The notes under the pieces: generated by a model
What the model was told of the DNA's origin: nothing
The model's input: only the letters and a program-made list of their open reading frames with translations
The model's database searches: none
Shown: piece after piece, positions 11,281-24,009 of the stretch
Numbering within the stretch: the first letter of the stretch is position 1
Layout of the letters: the number at the start of each line of letters is the position of its first letter
Assembly: GCF_963921235.1 (NCBI RefSeq)
Contig: NC_086097.1
Coordinates: 4,588,001 to 4,652,000, forward strand
DNA length: 64,000 bases
Direction of reading: 5' to 3'
Source of the DNA: Mobula hypostoma
Taxonomy: Eukaryota
Program-made: the position numbers and the translations under genes

Positions 11281-14200
11281 TTTTGTTCTTTCTTTTTCCA
11301 ATATTTTTATTAAATTTCATATACACAAATACAGAATTCATAAGGATACTTATTATAAATCAAAATAAGGTAGAACATAATGCATTATATATAAATCACA
11401 CTGATATAATCACGGTATTCCATATTCATAATCAATCAAATAAAATAAATTGAATTATGAAATACAATAATATGGTTAATTATATTATTAAAAAAATCTA
11501 CACCCACCACCAAGACAAAGCTGGTTGGTAAAAAAAAAAGGAAAAAAAGAGTACTTTACCATTTAGTGTTTTATAATAATAGCCCAGATCTATATTTTAA
11601 TAACAATAACAATTCAAAGATTTTCAAAATAGTTCAGAAAGGGTCCCCATACCGTTTAAAAATCTTGATTAGAATCACAAATTGAACAATGAATCTTCTC
11701 TAAATTTAAATATGACATAACATCAGATAACTATTGAGCATGTGTGGGGGGGGGGCAACCTCCTTCCATTTAAGCAAGATCGCCCTCCTAGCCATAAGAG
11801 AAATAAAAGCCAGTACCCACAAATGAGAAGGCGCCAAAATTAAAGCTCTTTCCTCAACAATACCACATAAGGCAGTCAAAGGATTGGGCTTAAAATTATG
11901 TTTAAAAAGTACAGAAAAAGTTTAGAATACAACTTTCCAGTATTTTTCAAGGCTCGAACATGACCAAAATATATGAATTAATGAAGTCTCTCCATTATTA
12001 CATCTGTCACAATAAGGAGATATATCTGCAAAAAAGTGAGAGAGCTTGTCTTTAGACATATAAGCCCTATGAGCCGCTTTAAATTGTAGGAGGGAATGAC
12101 GAGCACATAATGATGAAGAATTAACCATTTTGAAAGTAGCCCTCCAGGTCTCATCAGATAATGAAGTCTGTAAATCCTTTTCCCAATCTTTTTTAATTTT
12201 GTCTAAAGGAGCCATTCTCAGTCCCAACAACAGACCATAAATATAAGATATTGAGCCATTATCAAAAGGTTTCAAATTAAAAATTACATCTATTGTGTTC
12301 TCATCTGGGCTGGTACGAAATATATGTAGTTTAGATCTTAAAAAATCTCTAATCTGTAGATATTGAAAAAGGTGGGTATTTGATAAGTTATATTTCACTG
12401 AGAGCTGCTCAGAAGAAGAAAGATACCCTCCAACAAACAGATCCTGAAATTGTTTAATGCTTAATCTATCCCATTCTCTAAAAAACAGATTGGTTGTAGA
12501 TAGTTTTTAAAAAAATTAGCAAAAATAGCACTAGAAAGAGAAAATCTCAATAAATGGAAATGTTCTCTAAACTGTAGCCAGATCCTCAAAGTGTGTTTAG
12601 CCACCAAACTGTCAGTTAATTTATTTAAAGATAAAGGAAGAGAGGATCCGAGAAGAGAAATAATAGAAAATTTTGTAACAGAGTTGGCTTCAAAAAGATC
12701 CATATTGGACAATCCTCATGATTAATATAATATAACCAGAACGTGAGATTTCATATGTTAATTGCCCAATAATATAACCTAAAATTGGGTAGAGCAAAGC
12801 CTCCATTCCTTTTAATTTTTTGAAGGTGGGTTTTATTTAATCAGGGTTTTCTGTTCTTCCATATATAGGAAGAAAGAATCGAATCTAAAGAATCAAAAAA
12901 AGACTTCAGAATAAAAACAGGTACGGCTTGAAAAAGGTATATAAATTTAGGTAAAATATTCATTTTAATAGAAATAATTCGACCAATCAATGATAAAGAG
13001 AGGGGCGACCAATTAGAAAGTGTCTTTTTCACATAATTCATTAAGGTTAGAAAATTTTCTTTGAATAGATCTTTATAAGTCTTAGTGAATGTTACACCCA
13101 AATATGTAAATTGTTTACTTACAATTTTAAAAGGAAAGTTAATATCGGTTGGTATCAAATTATTTAAGGGAAACAATTCACTCTTATGTAAATTCAATTT
13201 ATATCCTGAAAACTGACTAAAATTAGTGAGTAAAAGAAACAGAGGATAAAGAAGTTCTAACATTAGATATAAAAAGCAATAGGTCATCAGCATAAAGCGA
13301 AACTTTATGAATAGTACCTTTCCTTAAGATACCAGTGATATCTTTAGACTCTCGAAAGGCAATTGCTAAAGGTTCTAATACCAAATCAAAAAGCAAAGGG
13401 CTCAGCGGACATCCTTGTCGGTTTCACGTTGGAGTTTAATTGGTTTAGAATCCTGAAAGTTAGTAAGGACCCGAGCGGAGGGAGATAAGTAAAATAATTT
13501 AATCCAAAGAATAAAATTGGGCCCAAAATTATGTTTTTCTAAGGTTTTAAACAGGCAATTCCATTCAGCTCTGTCAAAAGCCTTCTCCGCATCCAGAGAA
13601 ATCACACATTCTGATATTTCCTTAGATGGAGAATGCATAACATTTAACAACCGCCGTATATTAAAATGGGAATATCGATTTTTAATCAATTCTGTCTGAT
13701 CATCAGATATTATAGAAGGTATAATATTCTTGAGACTACGGGACAAAATTTTAGATAGGATTTTAGCATCAACATTGAGTAAAGAGATTGGTCTATATGA
13801 CGAACATTCAGTGGGATTCTTATTCTTTTTAAGAATAAACAAAATGGAAGCTTCATAAAAAGGCTGTGGCAACCTACCCACCTTGAAGGAATGAGCAAGG
13901 GTAGAACATAAATGAGGTATAAGCAATGAAGAAAAAGCCTTATAGAATTCTCCAGAGAATCCATCAGGTCATGGATATTTCCCAGAATGCAATGAACGTA
14001 TAGCCTCAGTGATTTCCCCCTGAGAAATAAGTTGATCCAACTGCTTTCGATATCAACCTAAGGTCCAGAAATATTAAATTGGTCTAAAATATTTTTCATT
14101 GCAGTATTATCTTTAACAAAATCAGAACTATACAGTTTAGAATAAAATTCTCTAAAAGTGTCATTTATTTCAAAATGGTCAGTTGTCAAATCACCATTGG

Positions 14201-15880
14201 TTTTGCAAATTTCTTTAATTTGCCGTTTAGTTATAAAGGTCTTCAATTGATTACCCAATAGTTTACCAGCTTTTTCCTCCATGTATATAGAATTGGCTTC
14301 TATCTTTTAAAAGTTGGCTTTCAATTGGATACGTTATAAGAAGATCATATTTAGTTTTAATTTCAATACTTCTTTTGTATAGTTCAGGGTCTGGTGCTGA
14401 AGCATATTTCTGGTTTAATTGAATAACTAAGTCAGTTCTCTCTTTATTAGCTTTTTTCTTAATATATGCAGTATAGGAGATAATTCGTCCTCTAATATAT
14501 GCCTAAAAAGCATCCCAAATGATAAGATTAGAAGTCTCTTCCAACGCATTTTCTTCAAAAAAACGAGTAATTTGATTCTCCAGAAATTTTAGAAAGTCCT
14601 TATCAGATAACAAAGTTAAATTAAAATGCCAGGATCTGTTCATATGAGTGAAACCAGGAAGATTTTAAGATAGAAATGCAGTAGAATGGTTGGATACAGC
14701 TATTTCTTTATATTCAATGGATCAAACTAATGGAATCATTTGACTATCAATAAAAAAAATTCAATCCTGGTATAGGGATGACGGACATGAGAGAAGAATG
14801 AACACTTCGTTTCTGCCAGGTAAAAAAAATGCCAGACAGCAACAATATCAGATTTCATTAGAAAGGATTGAATAAATAAAGCTGATTTATTAGATGTGGC
14901 TGATTTAGGAGAAGAATGATCTAATACTGGGTCTAGACAACAATTAAAATCTCCTCCCATCACTAAAGAATAAAGACTCAAAGCTGGCAAGAATGAAAAG
15001 AAACGCTCAAAAAATCCTGGGTCATCCACATGACAAATACACATTAGTAAATACAATTAATTTATTATCTAGTTTCCCTGACACTATACAAATCATCCAT
15101 TAGGGTCAGAGACAACTTTATGTTGAACAAAAGAAATTGTATTGTCTATAAAAATTGAGACCCCTTGAGATTTTGCTCTGAATAAAGAATGAAATTGTAA
15201 ATCCCTCCACCAACTAAAAAGGTGTGTGTTGTCACAACTATGTACATGCATTTCTTGTAGAAAAATAATGGGGGCCCTTAACTTTTTAATATAAGCAAAA
15301 ATGTTATTCCGTTTCACAGGATGATTTAACCCTTTCACATTAAAACTAAGTAAATTAATATTTCGATCCATTTTAAATACTAATTAATAGAAGAGTTAAA
15401 AGATCTGACCATAAATTATTAGAACCAGAGAAGGAAGCATAAAATAAGGTACTCAAACAGAAAATCTGGATGGTAGTCCAACCCGGCTTCCAGAGAAAAA
15501 AGAAACCCCACCTCCCTCTCCCTCCCAAAGCCAGAAAACCCAGCCAAAGGACAGATGGCATGCTAAACCATAAAGACAACACTCCAAAGGAAATCCTGCT
15601 GCCAAAACTTCAATTATACAAGGTTATTATGTTCCAATAAGGAGAAAACAAACAAAATAAACTTAGATCAGAAATCCAAAACATAAGAGGATTCATTTTA
15701 ACAATTTCAAAAAATATATATATAGAAAAACTTCAGAAAAAAGAGTAAAGCAATAAAAAATATCAAAGAGAATATCAAAAAGCAAGATATATAAACGGTC
15801 AAAACGTAAGTTAATTAAAACCTTATTCTATCCAACATTAAAAAGATAATTGCTCTTGTAAGAGATATAACGCAATTAAT
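11281..15880 (-). mobile_element. L1-clade LINE, 5'-truncated, with full-length but disrupted ORF2 (about 15371-11614)
   Basis: MDRNINLLSFNVKGLNHPVKR...IIFLQE (APE); YRPISLLNVDAKIL; SLDAEKAFDR; YADD; CDRC...HIFWSC zinc knuckle; A-rich 3' end near 11281-11310. Confidence 0.93.
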
Positions 15881-16158
15881 CTTTCTGGACCGCCAGGGGG
15901 TGCCCTTGGTTGGGGTGGGGGGGGTACTGTCATGGTCTGGTCCATGAAGTCCGCGTTCCGGTTCACGGTCCGGTCCATCGATCCTTATTGCAGGTTTTTC
16001 GGTTTTCCCTGGTTCTGTTGAGGCACCTGACTCTCATTTTGGCCTGGCTCATAAATACCTGTGCAAACCAGGGACTGGGTACTGGACTATTCTCTGTCTG
16101 ATTCCCCATCTGATCCCCTGTCTGAACCACCCCCCCCCTTGCCTGCAACCTTCGTCAG

Positions 16159-17412
16159 GACGGCAGATGCCATCTCCCTGGCCCTAAATTCCTCCTTAGA
16201 ACACCTGGAGAACAAAGACGCATACGTAAGGCTCCTTTTCATTGGCTACAGCTCTGCCTTTAATACCATCATTCCAAATAAACTGATTCCTAAGCTCCGG
16301 AACCTGGGCCTTAGCACTCAGATCTGCAGCTGGATCTTCAACTTCCTCACAGACAGGACCCAGGCTGCAAAAATAGGGGACAAGCTCTCCTCTACAATCA
16401 CTCTGAGCACCGGTGCCCCACAAGGCTGTGTACTCAGACCCCTGCTGTACTCATTGTACACCCATGATTGTGTAGCCAAGTTTCCATTGAACTCAATATA
16501 TAAGTTTGCTGATGACACAACAATTGTAGGCTGTATCTCGGGTAATGATGAGTTTGAGTACAGAGAGGAAATTAAGAACCTGGTGGCATGGTGCGAAGAC
16601 AATAACCTATCCCTCAATGTCAGCAAAAACGAAGGAATTGGTTGTTGACTTCAGAAGGAGTAGCGCACCACACGACCCAATTTACATCCGTGGTGCGCAA
16701 GTGGAACAGGTCAAAGGCTTTAATTTCCTTGGGGTCAATATCACAAATGACCTGACTTGGTCCAACCAAGCAGAGTCCACAGCCAAGAAGGCCCACCAGT
16801 GCCTTTACTTCCTGAGAAAACTAAAGAAATTTGGCCTGTCCCCTAAAACCCTCACTAATTTTTATAGATGCACCATAGAAAGCATTCTTCTAGGGTGCAC
16901 CACAACCTGGTATGGAAGTTGTCCTGTTCAAGACTGAAAGAAGCTGCAGAAGATCGTGAACATGGCGCAGCACATCACACAAACCAACAAACCAATCTTC
17001 CATCCTTGGACTCACTTTACACCGCATGCTGTTGGAGCAGTGCTGTCAGGATAATCAGGGACACGACCCACCCAGCCAACACACTTTTCGTCCCTCTTCC
17101 CTCCGGGAGAAGGCTCAGGAGCTTGAAGACTCGTACGGCCAGAATTGGGAACAACTTCTTTCCAACTGTGATAAGACTGCTGAACGGATCCTGACCCAGA
17201 TCTGGGCCGTACCCTCCAAATATCTGGACCTGCCTCTTGGTTTTTTTGCACTACCTTAACTCCCATTTTTCTATTTTCTATTTATGATTTATAATTTAAA
17301 TTTTTAATATTTGCTATCGATTTGTAATCCAGGGAGCGGGAAGTGCAGAATCAAATATCGCTGTGATGTTTGTACATTCTAGTATCAATTGTTTGGCGAC
17401 AATAAAGTATAA
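16159..17412 (+). mobile_element. Rex1/Babar LINE, 5'-truncated, inserted in the 3' LTR
   Basis: [44 protein letters not shown]; tail aataaagtataaagta; LTR sequence resumes at agtatcccc. Confidence 0.92.
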
Positions 17413-18016
17413 AGTATCCCCATCAAGTTCAACTGCCAGAGTGAGACCGGAGCCTCGCCATGCCAAGATAAGGAACTATCTATCATTGAGTTTGGAACTG
17501 TCTCTTTGTGTCCCCATGTTCAGTGTCCGTGTCAAAAAAGAGTCCCGGCTCTAGGACCTGTTCCCAAGGAGGGGTCCTGGCTCTGTGTTCTGTGTTCCCA
17601 TGCTCAAGTCCACGGCTCTGTGTTCCTATGTTCCAAGACCAAGTCCAGGCACCGTGTTCTAGCCCTGTCCAAGTCTGAGCTTCATGTCCTCATTCAATTC
17701 TGGTCTTTCTTCCAGTCCACATTCCTCGCCCAGCCTGGTGCTAGAGATTCCTGGTCCTGTGCTGGAGTATCTCGTCCTGTCCTCACCTAGATCCGGGCTC
17801 CGAGCCCGAGTCAAGACCCAGGTTCTGGGTCCCTGTCCAGTCTCTGGTTTAGAATCCTTGCCCAGGCCCAGTGTCCTTGTCTCGTCCAGGACCTGTGTCC
17901 ATGTCCAGCATCATTTCTTCCTACTCCCCTTGCTTTCTTGATAAACCTTGTCCTGTTCCTAGTACTTCAGTGTCTGTGTCTTACATTGGGTCTGCTCCCA
18001 ACGCCCCCTTATGACA

Positions 18017-18550
18017 GCGCTGCAGTGGACAGGAATGCTCTACAACGGACAGTCAAACCTGTGTGACATATCTCCGGGAGGCACCAGCCTACCACCTCCT
18101 CCCCATCAAGGACATATATACAGAAAGGTGCCAGTAATATCATGAAGGATTCCACCCACCCTGCTCATGGATTGTTTGTCCCACTCCCATTAGGGAGGAG
18201 GCTACGTAGCATCCACGCCAGGACCACCAGACTTAAAAACAGTTACTTTCCCCAGGCAGTAAGACTGTTCAACACCTCCACCCATTAACCCACCCCTCTA
18301 CACCCCACAACTGCCACTACTTTATCATTTTCCTGTCAGTCATCTTATATACAGATACTCCTTTGTCACTTTATGGACATACAATTAATCTATGTAAATA
18401 GCTTATCTCATGTATTTATATTTATTGTGTTTTTTTTAAAAAATGTGTCTATATCTTACTTTTTTTTGTGCTGCATCAGATCTGGAGTAACAATTATTTC
18501 ATTCTCCTTTACACTTGTGTACTGGAAATGACATTAAACTATCTTGAAGA
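18017..18550 (+). mobile_element. Rex1/Babar 3' fragment; its 5' part lies at about 10450-10517 and is split off by the LTR element
   Basis: Joining the flanks restores S-C-I-T-A-W-Y-x-N-C-T-A-V-D-R-x-A-L-Q-R; HPAHGLFVPLPLGRR follows. Confidence 0.8.
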
Positions 18551-18906
18551 TTGATGATCTTGAAGACTTGTGTTTCCAGAATGTTTGTGTTTAATCTGAC
18601 AAAAATACAGAAACATAATAATAAATTTTCCATCAAAAATTATGTCATCAATCCTGGCTCCAGCTAAATCTAACTCAATTCCATTAAAGCTATTTGTAGT
18701 TCTTTCTGTATACACCCAAAACTGATGATTGGACATTTTGTAATATATTGATTAAATGTCAAATAACCTTGCTCCTTTAGTTAAACATTGAAGTAAAGTG
18801 ATGAGGTCTGTATTTCTGACATTTTGCAGTGTGATTAACTCACATCAATAAAATCGTAGATAATGAGAAAAAAATCACAATAGGATGTGCTGTAACGATT
18901 ATAGAC

Positions 18907-19172
18907 AAGGTGCCACAGTGGTTAGCCTGATTCTATTGAAGCTTGAGGTGTCAGAATTTGGAGTTCAATTCCAGCGTCCTCTGTAAGAAAGTTTGTACAT
19001 CCTTCCTCTGAGTGCGTGGGTTTCCTCTGGGTGCTCTGGTTTCCTCCCACAGTCCAAATACAGTTAGTAGGTTAATAGATCATTGTAAATTTTCCTGCGA
19101 TTATGCTATTGTTAAATAGGTGGGTTGCTGGATGATACGGTTTGTTGGGCCGGAAAAGCCTGTTCTGTGCTA
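18907..19172 (+). mobile_element. V-SINE (HE1-like). Related copies at about 4970-5150(+), 26540-26775(-), 26790-27290(-), 40720-41320(-), 44460-44750(-), 51785-52045(+), 61065-61305(+) and 62080-62300(+)
   Basis: tRNA-like head with GAGTTCAATTCC; V-domain-like gcgtgggtttcctctgggtgctctggtttcctcccacagtccaaa; CR1-like tail gggccggaaaagcctgttctgtgct. Confidence 0.8.
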
Positions 19173-19570
19173 TCATCATCATGATCATTATTATGTACCA
19201 TGTCATATGACACCATCATTATGCGCCATATTGTATGATGTAGGCGATCATGGTCTTTCTGTGACTATGATTGTTTGTGCCAAATTTTGTCATTGCCTTC
19301 TTCTGGGCAGTGTCTTTACAAGATGGGTGACCCCAGCCATTACCAATACTCTTCAGAGGTTGTCGGCCTGGCGTCAATTATCGCATAACCAGGACTTGTG
19401 ATATGAACCAGCTACTCAAACGACCATCCACCACCTGCTCCCATGGCTTCACATGACCCTGATCAGGGGCTAAGTAGGTGCTACACCTTGCCCAAGTGTG
19501 ACCTACAGGCTAGCAGAGGGAAGGAGTGTCTTTCACCACCTTGGTAGAGATGCATCTTCACCCGGCCACT
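19173..19570 (-). mobile_element. RTE/BovB-related SINE-like element; second copy at about 52260-52520(+)
   Basis: Both copies share agaagaaggcaatgacaaa...aaattt(g)gc(c)a, reminiscent of the BovB/Bov-A 5' motif, and a gcacataatga-type tail. Confidence 0.55.
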
Positions 19571-21171
19571 CTATCCCTAAACAAGATAAAAATGTACCAG
19601 AATTTCTTTTCCTATATCGCCTGTCCACTTCTATGCAATGCACGAGACGAATGGATATCCTGTCCCTGGGAACCACATTATCAGCACACCATGTAAAGCA
19701 AATGGATTTGAAAATTTGAATCACTGAGCAATTTTCAGTGAGTTTCTAAGCTAAGGATTTGGAATACATCATGCTGCCAGTCATAGGAAGATATTTTTAA
19801 CAAAACTGGTGTCCCACAAAATCTACTACAAATTCTTCGTCTAACTTCCATTAAAGAAACTAAATCTGTAAATATTAATTACAACTTACATGAAAGAGAT
19901 TATCATTCGGAGAAAGATTCTTAGACTTTAAGATAATCTGCTTATACTTGGCAACATCTTCCATGAATGCAGAATTAACTGAAGCCAGTTAAGCCTGCCT
20001 CAGGGTTTGGAGACTTATTTGAAATTTTGGCAGTGTGATTGCACATGGAGTGCATATCAAGATATCAAGTTTCTTAATTCAAAGTATTCATTAAATGCAA
20101 AGCTGATTAAAATATGTATAGCCAGAGAACGGGGTTTAAAAACAACAGTAGTTTGAAAGAACAATAAGATTTCCCAAAATATTTAAAAGTTCCCAATTCC
20201 ACATAAGCATTTCAACAATGATTCATACACAAAATGCTGGAGGAACTCAGCAGGACAGGCAGCATCAATGGAAAAGAATAAACAGTTGATGTTTTGGGCT
20301 GAGACCCTTCATCAGGTCCGTTGTTGTTTGTCACCTATAGCGACAATCTGGATGATAATGAGGTAAAGGCAGAGGTTGATAGGTTCTTGATTAGTCAGGG
20401 CATGAAGGGCTATAAGGAGAAAGCAGGAATTTGGGGCTGAGAGGGAAAATGGATCAGCCATGATGCAACGGCAGAGCAGATTTGATGGGCCAAATGGCCT
20501 AATTCTGCTCCTATGCCTTATGGTCTTATGGTCTAAAATGGATCAGCAAATTTCTGGAAGACAGCAAGACTGGGAGTGTAATGAGCAGTGGGATCTGGAC
20601 CGGATGTAAAAATAGGCTGGAAAATGGCAGATGGAATCTCATGCAGACAAGTGTGAGGTGTAGCGCTTTCCACATATGCTGCCTGACCTGCTGAGTTCCT
20701 CCAGCATTTTGTGTGTGTTGCTCTGGACTTCCAACATCTGCAGAATCTCTTGTGTTTATGAACAATAAATCTTTCTGTGGTAAACGAGAGTCTGATAATA
20801 TTACCATCTAAAAACAACTTTACTAGGTGATGTTAATTTCAAGAGCCGGATGACCACTTCAAAATAAAGCATCAGTTTGAAGTGCTCTTGAACTTGAGTC
20901 AGAAAGGTGTGGATACAATGTTTCGCACAAAGATTTAGGCTTCCCCGTAGTATGGCACAGGGCTGTGCTGTTCGAATTGAGGAGCATTCTTTCACTTGCA
21001 ATCATAGGCTGATATCCTGTTTAGACTATTTTTTAAAAATTGAGGAGTCTGACCAGTACTCTTCGCTTCATCAATATTATTACTGCAGTTTGCTTGGTGT
21101 TCATTGCGGAATGAGAATCAGATTTAATATCACCAGTGTATGCTGTGAAATTTGCTGTTCTGCGGCAGTAC

Positions 21172-23003
21172 AAGGACCTGTACAAGGACCTATCAAGGAG
21201 GACATGAGTGAGCCTCCTGGTACCAAAGAGTGCAGACAGCTTGTAAGAAACGGAGTAACAACAAGCCCACTGGTCCTGATGAAATTCTGACAGAAATCCT
21301 CAAGGAAGTTGACACAGAACTTTTAAATCATATTTATGACCTGCTTGTCAAGATCTGGGACCAGGAGAAGATTCTGGCTGACTTCGGGGACACCTTGACT
21401 GTCACACTTTTCAAAAAGGGCGACAAAGCTGACTGTGGAAACTATAAAGGCATCTCCCTCCTCTCTACAACAGGAAAGATACTGACCCGAATTTTATGTG
21501 ACCAACCTTCACCTCTGGCAGAAGATCTCCTGCCTAAGTCTCAGTGTGACTTCTGTCCAGCCAGAGGAACATCTGACATGATTTTTGCAGCACATCAATT
21601 GCAGGAGAAAGCCCAGGAACATAATCTCCCACCTTACATGGCCTTCACAGACCTTACAAAAGTATTTGGCTCTGTAAATCGTCCTGCCCTTTGGCAGGTA
21701 CTGTCCAAAATCGAGTGCCTGGTGAAATAATTGATGATCCTGCAGCTCTTTCACAATGATATGAGTGAAACAGTCACCAGCAACAGTGGCTCCGAAACAG
21801 CACCTTTCAGGGTTGAGATTGGGTCAAGCAGGGTGCATCATTGCCCCAGGTTTCTTTGCTGTTTTCATTGCAACTATTCTTCACCTCACAGGCAAAGACC
21901 TCCCACAAGGACTCCAGGTTCTCTATAGGACAGATGTGGGGGTGGTGGTCTCTTTAACCTTAACAGGTTCAAGGCAAAGAGCAAGCTGTCAACTACTTCC
22001 ATCATGGAGCTCCAATATGCAGAGGACAACACCATCGTAGCTCGCTCTCAGGAGGATCTGCAGTGTATATTGGATGCTTTTTCCAGACCATACAAACTCC
22101 TGGTACTTGATCCAAACACCAAAAATTTCCAAGTCCTGCACCAACCGACTCCAGCTCAAGCTCTTAAACCTCCAACCATCCAAGGTAACAACATCCCTCT
22201 GGGGAACATTGATCATTTCCCATATCTTGGCAGCCTTCTTTCTTCAAGGGCCAACATTGACCTTGAAATTGATCGCAAAATAGGCTGTGCGAGCAGAGCT
22301 TTAGCCAAGCTGAGAAAGAGGGTTTTTGAAGGTTGGGTTATCAAGACCAACACTGAGCTTCTGGCATGTGCTGAAGTCCTCCCCTCCTTGCTAGATGGAG
22401 TGGACTCATGGAAAACATACAGCAGGTACAAAAAATTCCTAGAAACTTACTATCAAAGGTGCCTCTGAACGATTCTGACAGTGAGCTAGAAGTACAAATG
22501 CACTAACTCCAGCATCCTGGAGAAAACTAACATTAACTCCATAACCACAATTATGACTCAATGATGGGTCGGCCACATCATCCGTGTGCTTGACATCCAC
22601 CTCACTAAACAACAGCTGTTCCGCCAACTCAAGGATGCAAGCGCACTCCTGGAGGGCAGATAAAACGGTTCAAGGACAATATCAAGACCCACCTGAGGAA
22701 GTGCCACATCAGCCTGAATGGACGGGAGACATTAGCACCGGATAGGGAGAGCTGGAGAAGGACTGTCAATTGGGGTCTGCACAGCTCGAAGATCCGTGCC
22801 GCTGAGACTAAGTGACTTCAACGTGAGGACAGACTGGGAAAGGCCCAACCAGCTACATCCAGCACCACCTGAATGACCTACACCTGCCTACACTGCAATA
22901 GGCCTGGTGGAACACGGATCGGCCTCTTCAGTCATTTCAAGACCCACAAACGACCAGATCAACCATCAGGAGAAAAATCATACTCGATTGGAATGATGAT
23001 GAC
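21172..23003 (+). mobile_element. RTE-clade LINE, 5'-truncated, with a C-terminal C2H2-like motif
   Basis: KKGDKADCGNYKGISLLS, ELQYAEDN, HFPYLGS, YTCLHCNR...IGLFSHFKTH; gatgatgac tail; interrupts a minus-strand Rex1 tail. Confidence 0.9.
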
Positions 23004-23570
23004 AGTGTAACACATAATAAAAAATATAAATTACAATATCTAGGTGTATGCATGAGTGTATGTATATAGTATATATAACATGTAGTGTAAAAAGAGAACA
23101 ACAAAGAATTTAAAAAAAATTAAACTAAATATTGAGATAGTATACATGATAGTGTTCATTGTTGATTCGGAAATCTGATGGCGGAGGGGAAGAAATTGTT
23201 CCTGAAACATTGAGTGTGTGCCTTCAAGTCCTGATGGTAGCAATGAGAAGAGGGCATGTCCTGGGTGATGGGGGTCGCCATTTTAAGGCATCTCCTTTTG
23301 AAGACATCCTGAATGCTGGGGAGGCTAGTGCCCGTGATGGAGCTGGCTGAGTTTACAATTTTCTGCAGTTGTTTTCCAATCCAATGCAGTGGCCTCTCCA
23401 TACCAGTTAAAATGCTCTCTATGATACATCTGTAGGAACTTGCTGGAGTCTTTGGTGATATAGCAAGAACCTCTTAAAGTCCTATTGAAATATAGCCGCT
23501 GTTGTGCCTTCTTTGTAATTGCATCAAAGTGTTGGGCTCAGGATAGATCTTCAGAGTTACTGACACCCAG
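23004..23570 (-). mobile_element. Rex1/Babar 3' fragment (its tail continues at about 21110-21171)
   Basis: LQKIVNSASSITGTSLPSIQDVFKRRCL...FRNNFFPSAIR. Confidence 0.8.
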
Positions 23571-24009
23571 AGTGAAGGAGGGCAAAACAAATCAATACCC
23601 ATGTTCTCTCCAAGGCCAAAAACCCCAGCATTGTGACTATGAGTTTATCATACTGGACAGGCCACATTGTTCACATATCTAACACTCGACTTCTGACATT
23701 GTCACCCATTTCAGAACTGCAACAAACACAGATTCCTGCAATCGAGGTATGGCCTCAATATGAGCTCTATAATGGTAATAAGAGACGCTTGTTCCTTTAG
23801 TCTAAATGTGTCAGAGTGAAATTCAACGTATCTACATATTTGTTTTCAGTGCCTGAGGGAAAGGATATCTAGCTCCACTGCCGGACACAATGATTAGATT
23901 AGATTCGATTATGAAGACACACAGTCCTCTTTTATTGTCATTTAGTAATGCATGCATTAAGAAATGATACAATATTTCCTCTGGTGTGATATCACAAAAC
24001 AAACCTATT

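Larger units (their letters stand above)
10518..18016 (+). mobile_element. Non-autonomous Gypsy-type LTR element (5' LTR 10518-11158; 3' LTR 15928-18016) carrying nested L1 and Rex1 insertions
   Basis: Both LTRs run TGTCATGG...TTATGACA; ATGGACCCAGCA (MDPA) gag-like start follows the 5' LTR; polypurine tract ggggtgggggggg precedes the 3' LTR; degenerate 5-bp TSD GTACT/GCGCT. Confidence 0.85.
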
